NCBI GenBank assembly: GCA_964016885.1
Contig: OZ024750.1
Span: forward strand, 52,390,001 to 52,454,000
DNA: 64,000 bases
Source of the DNA: Eledone cirrhosa
Taxonomy: Eukaryota
Direction: 5' to 3'
A model generated the notes under the pieces. It was not told the origin of the DNA. It saw nothing but the letters and a program-made list of their open reading frames with translations, and did not search any database. Numbering within the stretch: the stretch's first letter is position 1; every line of letters begins with the position of its first letter. Position numbers and translations under genes: made by a program. Below, piece by piece: positions 12,759-25,115 of this stretch.

Positions 12759-13160
12759 TTTATATATATATATAAATGGAAGGGAAAGTATAAATGAGAT
12801 ATATCTTTCATTGTTTTTAGCTAAACGAAGGACTGTGTGATGGATAAATAAATAATTTACTCAATAATTCATTCCGAATAAAAATAAAGGTGCAGGAAAA
12901 TATATTTTAGTTGAGATATAATTTTTTAAAATTGATTTGTGTGGAAAAAATCAGGATTGAAGAAGATGGATGGAGAGAGAGAAAAAAATGTTGGAAAATA
13001 TATGAGATTTTCTGTGTAAAAATGTCTGGGAGGGTTTCACTTCCGAAATGGCAAACATGACGAAAGCACAGGTTCGTTGCAATGATGTCACGGCGAAAAG
13101 TGTTCTTCCATAGTTCGAGTATTTAAATATAGTCGGCAACTTTATTATAGTGGTTCACTT

Positions 13161-13192
<32 letters not shown>

Positions 13193-13312
13193 AACACGTA
13201 TATATATACACACACACACACGTATATATATATACACACACACACACACGTATATATATATATATACACACACACACAAACACGTATATATATATATATA
13301 CATACACACACT

Positions 13313-13359
<47 letters not shown>

Positions 13360-13360
13360 G

Positions 13361-13394
<34 letters not shown>

Positions 13395-13411
13395 AACACG
13401 TATATATATAT

Positions 13412-13587
<176 letters not shown>

Positions 13588-13944
13588 TGTGTGCGTGTGA
13601 GAGTGTGTGTGTCTGTTTCACTTTAGTCCCTTCGCAGATATTCAACTCTCCATTTGCTTTTATTTTATCTCCGGCTTCAGGTAGGTGCTACACAAATAAC
13701 ATTTCTTTCTCCCTACTCTTCATAAATTCCAGCCGACATCTTCTTTTCTTTTTCTTCAAATCTGCTTCAGTTCTTCTCCCTTCTTTTGCTATATTTTAAT
13801 CTCACCTTTCTGTTTATATTTTTGCTCAAATGATTGATTTTGCTGGATGTGGTTTAGGAAAAAAGATTTGCATCAGTTTTGATAACATTTTAGCAGTGAT
13901 GCTCCCCTTACCTTTCTTTGTTCACTTGCATCTTGCGCGCCACT

Positions 13945-14820
13945 ACACATTGAGGTTTACATATACACATACACATCGTTGAGGGATACATATACACATA
14001 CATACACATCGTTGAGGTTTACATATACACATACATAGATACACATCGTTGAAGTTTACATATACACATACATAGATACACATCGTTGAAGTTTACATAT
14101 ACACATCGTTGAGGGATACATATACACATACATCCATACGCATCGTTGAGGGATACATATACACATACATAGATACACATCGTTGAAGTTTACATATACA
14201 CATACATCCATACGCATCGTTGAGGGATACATATACACATACATAGATACACATCGTTGAGGGATACATATACACATACATCCATACGCATCGTTGAGGG
14301 ATACATATACACATACATAGATACACATCGTTGAGGGATACATATACACATACATACATACACATCGTTGAGGGATACATATACACATACATAGATACAC
14401 ATCGTTGAAGTTTACATATACACATACATACATACACATCGTTGAGGGATACATATACACATACATAGATACACATCGTTGAGGTTTACATATACACATA
14501 CATAGATACACATCGTTGAAGTTTACATATACACATACATACATACACATCGTTGAGGGATACATATACACATACATAGATACACATCGTTGAGGGATAC
14601 ATATACACATACATACATATCGTTGAGGTTTACATATACACATACATACATACACATCGTTGAAGTTTACATATACACATCGTTGAGGGATACATATACA
14701 CATACATACACATCGTTGAGGTTTACATATACACATCGGTGATGTTTACGTATACACATACATACACAACGTTGATGTTTACATATGCACATACACAGCG
14801 TTGATGTTTACATGTACACA
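13945..14820. repeat. 37-bp minisatellite CATCGTTGAGGGATACATATACACATACATAGATACA
   Basis: Tandem units with GAGGGATAC, GAAGTTTAC and GAGGTTTAC variants. Confidence 0.92.
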
Positions 14821-15219
14821 TACACGCATACATATATACACACATACATATACACATCACACACATTCATATATATACACATACATATACAAACACACAT
14901 ATACATACACACACATATATGTACACATTCACACACATATACATACATACGCACACACATACATACACGTATATACATTTTTTCACCGTCTTACTATATA
15001 AAATCCTAGTATATGCATTTCTTGTTCGTTTACCAGATGAGATTTATATATACATGTATGTATGTAAAAGGTAAACAGATATAACACAATCGGTACCGTA
15101 TATGGAAGGAATACACACACATATCTATATATATACACATACATATATATATATATGCACGCATCTAAATAGGTTTGAGATATGAAAATTATGTGTGTGT
15201 ATGTATGTATGTATGTATG

Positions 15220-15256
<37 letters not shown>

Positions 15257-15678
15257 GTGTTGTTTTCGTGTCTTAATACAGGTTCTTAAACTCCCACCCT
15301 ATCTCACTTCGTAACTATTCATAATTTATTCATTTGTAAAATAAAAAGATGGCGGGGATTTTGATATTGAGGCCATTGCAGACATTTTTATTGCGTATCG
15401 ATTTAGTTAAAATGTGTGTCTATATATTATATATCATTTATGTTAGGCTGTTTACCAATGGGTAGAATCTGTGGTTCGGCTTGGTAAACGATGATGCAAC
15501 AAATTAATTAAAGCACTCAACGTTATGCAAGTCATCCATCGTAGATGAGGTATCCAGAGGCTGGTGCAGGAATGGAGTAAAATATTCATTAAAACAACAA
15601 CAGAAGGCTAGACTGGAAAATTTACTTTAGAATTTTAATCCCGCGAATGTACTGTACATATTTCGCTGGCTCAGCTGC

Positions 15679-15933
15679 ATCATCCGATTATGGTGCAAAA
15701 TAGGCGATTTCATCAGGTGTTATTTGCAGAATTATGTAACCGAATTACGTTGAACCCAAGCATAGAATAGAAAATAGGAGATAGGAGATAGAAATAGAAA
15801 ATTCGATTCGGGGACAGTCTGCTAATTTGGTATCATATTGATAACAAACGGTCCCCTAAATCTACGTTTGGGTTCAATAATTCTGCAAATAAACCTGATG
15901 AAATCGCCTAGTCTTGCATCATAATCGGATGAT
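15679..15933. repeat. Inverted repeat containing CTGATGA (Penelope pLTR-like)
   Basis: ATCATCCGATTATGGTGCAAAATAGGCGATTTCATCAGG.. pairs with ..CCTGATGAAATCGCCTAGTCTTGCATCATAATCGGATGAT. Confidence 0.7.
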
Positions 15934-16121
15934 AGAGGTGGAATGCCATTCTAACCACATGCCCATAGTATCGGGGCTGTGATCTCTCAATTCGCAGAAT
16001 GCCTCCGAGATCAGAGAGTCGCTCCAGACAGAGCCACTACTTCTCCGAATTGAGATATCATAGCTCCGATACTATGAGTATATGGTTAGAATGACACAGG
16101 AAAGAATTGATGGACATTTTA

Positions 16122-16487
16122 ACATATTGTTATACTTTGGGTGTGTCATGCTGTAAATTAAAGCTCACGCACCTATTGATTTTTACTTCAAATAACCGGA
16201 TGGCTGTTTATTTATTGTCACAGTTCTTTCGTTACACATTCTGTGGCTACTCCAGTGGCTAATTTGTTATTTTGTGTCTCCTTTGTTTTGCCCTACATCA
16301 TCTTCTTTTTGTATGTTGTATGCACCGAGGAAGCCACAGATGTGTGACGAAAGTGCTTTGACAATAAATAAACAGCCATCCGGTTATTAAACCAACCAAC
16401 TGGAAATTTGTAATAAATTAAAGTGAAATTTAACAGGTGCGTGTGTTTTTATTGGCAGCATGACCCTCCCAAAGTATAACAATATCT
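16122..16487. repeat. Inverted repeat of ~135-bp diverged arms (Penelope pLTR-like)
   Basis: Each arm, read outward, gives GCCACAGA..TGTG..CGAAAG..GACAATAAATAAACAGCCATCCGGTTATT..CAGCATGAC..CCCAAAGTATAACAATAT. Confidence 0.72.
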
Positions 16488-16687
16488 GTTTCAACACACG
16501 TCTTCAGATAAGAAATCTTGCAAAACATAAAAAAACGAAATATTTATGTGTGTGTATATCCCTTTAACTGCGGTCCTGTTCTTTACATGATATTTACGAT
16601 ATATACATAAAATACATACATATGACATATGACATGTATGATATATATATATATTTATTAATTATTAGTCTTCAAATTTATTATTAT

Positions 16688-16729
<42 letters not shown>

Positions 16730-16759
16730 GACATAGTTATAGTGTGCGTTTTTGTAAAT

Positions 16760-17330
16760 AATGTGTGCGTTGTGCGTCGTCTTACCTCCTACTCCTTCGC
16801 TTCTTCATTCTCCTCCCATCACCACGTAATTTCCTCCTACCGTCTCTAGGCTACCTCCTCCCACCGCCGCCACTATCACTATACCACTACGTTCACTGTA
16901 GAAGTCAGCTAATTTACATAAAATCTACTCTCTGCATTCCCTATTGGTCAGATCTCGGCACCATTGTTTTCCTCTCAACAAGCCCTGAACCTTTGAATGC
17001 ACGTTTTGCTGTCTTATTTTTGTAACGACACGGTAAGAAATTATGCTCTTTTTCCTTCATTCTCTATATATTTGTGGTCCGACAGATTGGTCGAAACAAT
17101 TTTCTGACCGCAATTAATGGAAATAACGCCTGGCTTTCCGTCAGTATAGTGTTGAAATGACGTCAAAATGTGTGTCATTACGAAAGGTCATCATTGGTGA
17201 TTAGTATTCAAAATGGCTACGTACGAGTCACGCTTGTTGCCGTCCTTCTTTTTCACACGCATGCACACACCTCGTTGAACCTTCTCCCTTAATTCAACAT
17301 CAAGTTATTACTATCATTTACCTTCGCTTT
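16760..17330 (+). promoter_or_regulatory. Candidate promoter and non-coding first exon (donor at 17033) of the HP1BP3-like gene
   Basis: Locally CpG-rich non-repetitive DNA, ATTGG (CCAAT) boxes, TGACGTCA (CRE-like) ~17158, AAAATGGC (YY1-like) ~17210, donor CG|GTAAGA; the ATG exon at 36382 starts with an acceptor, so an upstream exon is needed. Confidence 0.38.
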
Positions 17331-17386
17331 CATTTTTACACTTCCTTTATAATTGCATATTTCGTGTCTACTGCGATGTCGCTGTT

Positions 17387-17425
<39 letters not shown>

Positions 17426-17499
17426 ATGTATTGATGTATATATCTTATGTATATTTCCAATAGAGCCCTCCCCTCTGATACAACCACCGCAAGGTAAAG

Positions 17500-18390
17500 A
17501 AGGGACCTTTACATGGTCGCTCAAACTGCTAAAAGTAACACCCTTCCTTCGAATTACCCCTACTATGTTTTTATTTAATTTAAAAGCTACATATTGAATA
17601 ATATGATCCTAGATATAGTTTATTTGAAAAAAACAGAAAAAGGCGGGTTGATCAGGACTGATATGGAATGTCTTGATCATCATCATATAGATAGGAGTGC
17701 TTGATCAGAGCTGACCTGGGGCTAAATACCAATCAATACAATCATTCCTGTATCATAATAAACTGATTTGTTCTGTAGTTTCTTCTAGGTTTTTAACTAT
17801 TAAATTTAAAAAAAAACATGTCTGCTACTATTTTCATTTGTGTTGTCAATGGAGCCTCTATGTGGTCGCTAACCTGCTAGAAATAACATCCACCCCTCAC
17901 TATCTTCAAAAATAAAAGGACATATTCGTTAATGTAAGAAAAACGGGTTGGCTGATCACTGCTGGATTGTCTTCGATCATAGGTTTCCTCAATCAGGGCT
18001 GACTAGGGGCTAAATCTGAGGGTGGTCGCTCTACCTGCTAGAAATAGAAGCCAAACTTCCCTCGCATCAACCTCGACATTCTTCAAAAAAGGAAACGACA
18101 TACTCGTCAATGTAATTTTAGTTATACAAATAAAGAAAAGTGGGGTTCGATGATCATTGTTGGAGTCTTCAATTATAGGTCTGTTCAATCAGGGCTTACT
18201 ATGGGCTAGACGTGGAGGGATGGCTTCTATCTGGTTGTTCCGCCTGCTAGAAATAGCAGCCAAATTTCTCTGAAATCACACTTTACTAATTTTAAAAAAT
18301 GCCATTTAGGATACATTAGATAATATTTGATAGAGTTTGGATATAAGACGAGATGGTCATAGCTGGAACGTCGTTGCTCTCGGACCTGGA
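17500..18390 (+). repeat. Head-to-tail array of four diverged ~170-240-bp SINE-like units
   Basis: Each unit has TGGTCGCT..CCTGCTAGAAATA..ATCAGGGCTGACTAGGGGCTAAA; an antisense partial copy lies near 20040-20110. Confidence 0.7.
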
Positions 18391-18640
18391 CTGTGCCACA
18401 TAGAATGTCAGACGTAGTATTTCCAAGGAATGCGGACGTCTGTTGTTATTTAAAAATATATACAGAATAATCTATGTTGTTGGTTTGTAAGTGAGTTATC
18501 TACTACACATACCGTTAATAAAATGTTTTTATCATCATTTAGTGAGTTTTTGGTAGTTATAGACGACGTGGATATGTATTTATATGTACGCGCGCGCACA
18601 TACAGGCATATATACATACAAACATGCCTGCATACACACA

Positions 18641-18674
<34 letters not shown>

Positions 18675-18754
18675 TCCACGCCAGTGGACTTGGTTCTAAA
18701 TAATAATAATAAATATTTCTTTTAATTTACTTAATATAAATATATATCTCGCTA

Positions 18755-19205
18755 TCTTCCATTCGGTATTCGTGCCAACTTTCACCTATGGTCATATCTT
18801 GGGTAATGACCAAATGAATACGATCACAAATACAAGCGGCCGACATGGGATTCCCCTAAAGGGTGTTTGGAGTAACATTACTCTATAAAGTGTGGAGCTC
18901 AGAGATGAGGGAGTCACGCCAGGTAGAGCTACTACATCTACAAATTGAGAGGTCACATCTCTGATATTACAGACATGTGGTTAAAGTGTCTCAAGAAAGA
19001 ATCACTGGACACATTTTACGGACAAAACCAACAGGAAGGAGACCCTGGGGAAGATGGTTGGATAACATCCATGAGCTTGGCTGGTCACGCTTGGGGATCC
19101 AGCTGGATCAGTTAGTGACGGTTGCTGTTGACATGACCTGCTGGAAGAAGGAGTGTTTGAGGACTCTGCCCCCTGACGACCTTCTCAGGAATAAGAGACG
19201 AAGAA
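18755..19205 (+). mobile_element. 3' fragment of the second RTE family
   Basis: Similar to 5870-6240 (..ITGHILRTKPTGRRPWGRWLDNIHELGWSRLGI); related pieces at ~15960-16120, 24505-24710 and 44610-44960 (-). Confidence 0.8.
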
Positions 19206-20132
19206 AAAATATGCATCATTTTGTCGTTTTAGTTTTTAAGTGAGTTCGTCCACTAAAAGAATTTTTGTGTTTTGCAACTAGTTGCTGGTGCTTCCTCCTG
19301 GTCTCACACATCCCAGACTGGTCGTTAACGTTAGGGCTCTTTAGCTTAAAACAAATGCACCCATTTATTTCGTGTTGGGGGGTTCATCATTGTCTTCCTT
19401 AACCCTCTCAATCTCCAAAGCGTCCATGAAACTTTATTTTTAAAACATATTTATCCAAAAACCTTTCCCATCATAATTTTCTACAAGAAAAAAAAACTAA
19501 GTGATGTTCTATTAATAAACATTTCCAAATTCTTGATTATTTTCGAAATTATTTGAAAATCATATGCAGCGTTTATTAGAAATATGGTAACAAGAGGTTT
19601 AAAAAATGTTCTTATAAAGCCTGAGGCCATCCTGGACCAAGCAAAGGCGCTCCAGCCATGGCTATCCCATCTAGGACCACATTTACCATTTTTCTTTCTT
19701 TTTTTTTTAAGGCAGTATTACTGAATCCATCGAAATGCCTGGTTATTTTCAAAATAATTTTTTTTAAATCATAAGGCTTAAATTTCTATATTTTTTCCTT
19801 TAATAATCGTTTAATTTAGATATGTTGGTTAACAGTATTATTAAAGAGGAACATCATTAAAGTTTCCTGTAGAAACCATTATTTCTGAAATATACATATA
19901 TTTACTTAGATTTACACCTGACTTTATTATTGTATTTTATATGCAGTATTATTGTCATGTTTGTTTATAGACCGAGGTGATTGATCATCGAACTGATGAA
20001 ATGCTTTTCAACTGTCACCTCATATTCTAATGTGCCCTTTAAAAAAACCCGGGTGATTAAACGAAGATTTTGCTGCTATTTTTAGCAGATTGAGCGACTG
20101 AGTAGAGGTTACCGCGCCAAGCTTGTTATAAT

Positions 20133-20169
<37 letters not shown>

Positions 20170-20206
20170 CATCATCATTTTACGTCCGCTTTTCCCTATT
20201 TATATC

Positions 20207-20329
20207 ATTGTTTTACGGTGTTTCGGAGGGTTGATCATATTGACATATTGACTGATCTATAGCAGTTATATAATTGTATACTATCAGACTTAATATAGTT
20301 TCGATCAGACCCTCTTCTTCGGAAACAAT
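20207..20329 (-). ncRNA. Type-I hammerhead-ribozyme-like motif (core variant)
   Basis: Minus strand: ATTGTTT-CCGAAGA-A-GAGGGTcTGATC..long stem II..GATCAACCCTC-C-GAAAC-ACC-GTA-AAACAAT; 7-bp stem I, minimal stem III; core U4 is C. Confidence 0.6.
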
Positions 20330-20516
20330 TGAGTTCTATCTACGGTACGGATCCTACCACCACATTGAAATATATATATATATATATATATATTTCAATG
20401 TTGTTGGTGTTAGGAAGGGCATCCAGCCGTAGATAACCAGCCAGAAACCCCTATATGAATGCCTCAGAATAGGGCCCGTCTAACCCATGCTAGCGTGGAA
20501 GATGGACGTTAATCGA

Positions 20517-20596
<80 letters not shown>

Positions 20597-21082
20597 GACA
20601 TTCTTCACTAAATCTCTTTTCGTTACAACTATACATTCACCAATGTTTATATTTTTACCAGATTTGCTGGATTTATTGGAGTAATAATGTTTGTGTATTA
20701 AGTTTAATATTCAGTATTTTTACTGAAATGTGCCATGTTTTTTATGTAAGCTGTTGATAGTATTAAACTGCTAGCGTGTCTCGGCTGTACCTATATATAT
20801 GTGTGTTAGGTAATTCCGAAGAAAAAGCAAAGGAAAAAAGAGTGCTCTTTGTATAGAACAGAGCTATTTAATTGTTGTTCACTTTCTAATTATATATATA
20901 CAATGATATTAAATAAATGGAAACTATATTTATAAAACCATATTTATTCTTCTTTATATATTTCAAGCGTACCAAAACTCTGGTACGTCTCAGATAAAAT
21001 ACAAACTTTGTTTTATAAATATTGACATAACCAAGAAAAGATACCTTAACGGTTCAAGTTTTGCTTATATACATATATATAT

Positions 21083-21269
21083 AATTGTTTCTACTTTTTG
21101 GCACAAGGCCAGCAATTACACAGTATATTACTGGTACTTTATTTTATCGACCCCGTAAGGATGAAAGGCAAAGTCAACCTCAGCGGGGTTTGAACTCAGA
21201 TCGTTAAGGGACGTAACTATGCTGGACAGCATGGCATCCGACCCTCTACCGATACTGCCAATCTACCGC
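21083..21269 (-). mobile_element. SINE family A copy
   Basis: Near-identical to 10970-11151. Confidence 0.85.
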
Positions 21270-21749
21270 ATTATATATAATATATAGTGTATGTTTGTAT
21301 ATATAAGTGGAGAGGAGCTTTTCTTTCAAACATGTTATATTAAAAACACGACCAGCCTCCTAGTTTTCTTCACATTTCCTTATTTTTTATCTTTAGAACT
21401 GTAGTGTCCCTAAATCTGTGTGTATTAACGAACTTTTCACGGCCCCGACTTCACAATCAAAACGGTCATCTTATATATACACGCTTTTATGTATATATAT
21501 TTATACACGCGCACTTACTGGGGCGACACTGTTATTGATTTTCTAGAGCTTGTATTTATTTCGTGGTGTTGTTGCTAAACATATTGGAAATAATCGTTGT
21601 TTAACAAGGACAGACACCCCACCTCTCTCTCTATATATATGAGACAGATTAATGTGTTGTGGAAGTATAGAAATAAACATTCACTGATGTAGGTCTCCTG
21701 CTGGCCTTGTGCCAAAGGTAGAAACAATTATATTTTATATATATATTTA

Positions 21750-21816
21750 GTTGACTGGTGCCGAGCCCACGGGTTGTAGTAAGCCCTAGCTCGGCAAAAC
21801 TTGAGTACCAGTCAAC
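21750..21816 (+). ncRNA. Degenerate hammerhead-like motif
   Basis: Stem I GTTGACTGG/CCAGTCAAC, stem II GCCGAGC/GCTCGGC, then AAAAC-TTGA-GTA; CUGANGA box almost entirely lost. Confidence 0.45.
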
Positions 21817-22473
21817 GTTTTAATTTACAAATAAGAAGGAAAGTACTCAATGCGAAAGTTGTATAAATATTTATTGTAGTGGGGATAATTAGTGAAACTG
21901 AGTAGTAAATGAGATTTCATACGAATGAAACAGTTCTAGTCCTGTAGAATATATATATATATAATATATATATAATCACTTTTTTTTAAATTGAAACTAA
22001 TTATAATTTACCTTATACATAGTATTAAGCATTTGAATGTTACTGCAATTGTTTTACAATCTGTGTGCAGACTAAAACATATATAGGGCTGATTCTTCAA
22101 CTTTTGCTCTCATACTACCGTACTTGTACGTGTGTTGGCCTTATTATTTGTGTAAGTGTGCAGGAGGAACCCTTTCAGTTGCAAAGTGTAGCTCCCACTC
22201 TCATGAAATCAGTAGTCATGTAACATAATGTAATAAGTGGCGGTTTAGACTGACTGTTGTTTGTAGTGTTGCTGTCTTCCAATTACAATGGAGAATCTTG
22301 TATGTTTTATATAGCAGCAAATAGCAGCAACTTTCTACTTCACTGCAATTTTTCTTTACTGCATTTTTTCAGTTTTTACATTCAGCCTGATTAAATATAG
22401 CAGTTTATCAAATATATAGATATGCTTTATATATGTGTGTGTGTATATATATAAATACACAGCCTCGCCTCGC

Positions 22474-22510
<37 letters not shown>

Positions 22511-22586
22511 CGAAGGAAATGTGGTAAGGAACCAGGTGGACCATAACGCACCAAAGTACTCAATACTTAGGGTAGTAGAGTGGGTA

Positions 22587-22702
22587 ATAGGAACGAGTAG
22601 GACCACGACGGCTGAGCTCAAGCCGTTTCGACGGCTAATTCTGGACTGAATTAGCCGTCGAAACGGCTTGAGCTCAGCCGTCGGGGTCCTACTCGTTCCT
22701 AT
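22587..22702. repeat. 55-bp near-perfect hairpin (6-nt loop)
   Basis: 22587-22641 is the reverse complement of 22648-22702 with one mismatch. Confidence 0.9.
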
Positions 22703-22856
22703 ATATATATAAAAATACACCGCCTCGCCATATATATATATATAAATACACAGCCTCGCCTCGCCATATATATATATATGTATATAAATACACAGCCTCG
22801 ATTCGCCACATATATATATATAAATACACAGCCTCGCCATATATATATATATATAT

Positions 22857-23043
22857 AATTGTTTCTACTTTAGGCACAAGGCCAGCAATTACCCAGTTCA
22901 TTACTGGTACTTTATTTTATCGACCTCGTAAGGATGAAAGGCAAAGTCAACCTCGGCGGGATTTGAACTCAGATCGTAAAGGGACGTAACTATGCTGAAA
23001 AGCATGGCGCCCAACCCTCTACCGATACTGCCAATCCACCGCC
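22857..23043 (-). mobile_element. SINE family A copy
   Basis: Near-identical to 10970-11151. Confidence 0.85.
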
Positions 23044-23083
23044 CTTGTATATATATATATAATGTGTGTGTATGTATATGTAT

Positions 23084-23335
23084 AACCCGGTTCGAGAATC
23101 GAATTCACAACTTCCCTAATGCTCTAACCACTGAGACATTTAATTTCACGTTGCTCCAGTCCACTCAGCTGTAGTTGCAATGTCACTGGTACCAAGTTGC
23201 ATTGGCCTTTGGACAACATGGAGAGGCTGGTATGGGCGACTACTGGTCTTCCACAAACAACCTTGTCCAGAGGGGAAATTTCTAGGTTCAAATCTCATGG
23301 TCATTCGTGATCGAAGGGCTTCTTTATCTTACCTT
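23084..23335 (+). mobile_element. SINE family B copy with inverted 5' head
   Basis: ~23084-23136 is the tRNA head in antisense; the rest matches the 27795-28030 body in sense. Confidence 0.65.
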
Positions 23336-23346
23336 TATATATATAA

Positions 23347-23392
<46 letters not shown>

Positions 23393-23591
23393 TGAATTGC
23401 CAGAGTTGTTAGAACAATCCGGTCGAGGTCGATAAAAAAAGTACCTGTCTAGCACTATATCTCTTGGCATTTGCTCTCTGGAAGAAATCTGCTGTAGTGA
23501 GGCCTGGAGAGATATGGGCTCGACCAGGCTTAGAATGTCCAAGAAACGCTGTATGTCAACACGGCGTCCCTACCACTCTACGGGACCATAC

Positions 23592-23670
<79 letters not shown>

Positions 23671-23734
23671 TGTGTATATATATATATATGTGTATGTATG
23701 TATATATATGTGTCTGTATGTATGTGTATATATA

Positions 23735-23777
<43 letters not shown>

Positions 23778-25037
23778 ATATATATGTATGTATATATATA
23801 TATGTATGTATATATATATATGTATGTATATATATATATGTATGTATATATATATATGTGTGTATGTATATATATATGTGTGTGTATGTATATATATATG
23901 TGTGTGTATGTATATATATATATGTGTGTATGTATATATATGTGTATGTATATATATATATGTGTGTATGTATATATATATATGTGTGTATGTATATATA
24001 TATGTGTGTATGTATATATATATATATGTGTATGTATATATATATATATATATATTGTGTATGTATATATATATATATGTGTGTGTATGTATATATATAT
24101 ATGTGTGTATATATATATATATATGTGTGTGTATATATATATATGTGTGTGTGTGTATGTATATATATTAATATAAAAAAGTAATTGTTTATATTTTAAC
24201 GTTTAGTATAATTTCAGGAAAATTTAAATTATTCAACATAAAACATCGCAACCAACATTATCGATTTCAATATAGATTTTTTATCAAATATATAGATCTG
24301 CTTTAAAACCCTTTTTTACCCTAGTGATGACGAATTTCAATGATCGTATCATCACATATAATAGTAGTATTTAACGTAGACTACAACTATCGATATATTG
24401 ATATCATTTTGTTATCTCATATATAGATGTTGTTTTTTTTACCTTAGTGATTATGAAATATAATTTATGTAAAATACTAGTTTAATTTAAATTATATTAT
24501 AATAGACATGTGGTTAGAATGTCTGTCAAGAATCGCAGGAGAGATTTTACGGGCAAAACCAACTGACACAGTGGTAGACCCTAAAGTGGTTGGGTAGCAT
24601 CCATGAACTTGGTTGGTCTCACTTGGGGGATCCAGCTGGATTAGTTGGGGACTGATGGAAGGAATGCTTGAGGACTGTCCCCACTATCAAGAATAAATGG
24701 ACGAAGAAGTATCTTTATACATTTAATGTAAACATACTACAAGCAACGTTATTGATATTTATACATGTACATTTGTTTATCGATACTAAAATTATTTTAT
24801 TATCTCGAATAAAGATTCGCTTTGGGTTTGTTTTTATTTTTTAATTAAAATCCATTTTTCTTTTCTCTCTGTATTTTCCAATTGATAAGTTATTTTCCTT
24901 TTTTGAATAAGATGCAAGTATTTCTTCCCTCCCATAAAAGAATCGATTTCTTTTTAATAGTAGCTACTATAATCTGAAGCCCGAATAGAAGCGACTATCT
25001 GCAAGAAAATATTGTTGCTGAATATATACACACCACA

Positions 25038-25115
25038 CAGTAGTCCCCGGTATTCGCGGGGGGATCCGTTCCTAGAGCACTCGCTAAGAGCAAGAAACCG
25101 CGAATATCGGACGTT
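25038..25115 (+). mobile_element. Tigger/pogo-like DNA transposon terminus
   Basis: CAGTAGTCCCCGGTATTCGCGGGGG..AAACCGCGAATA resembles Tigger-type TIRs; partner end not found. Confidence 0.45.
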
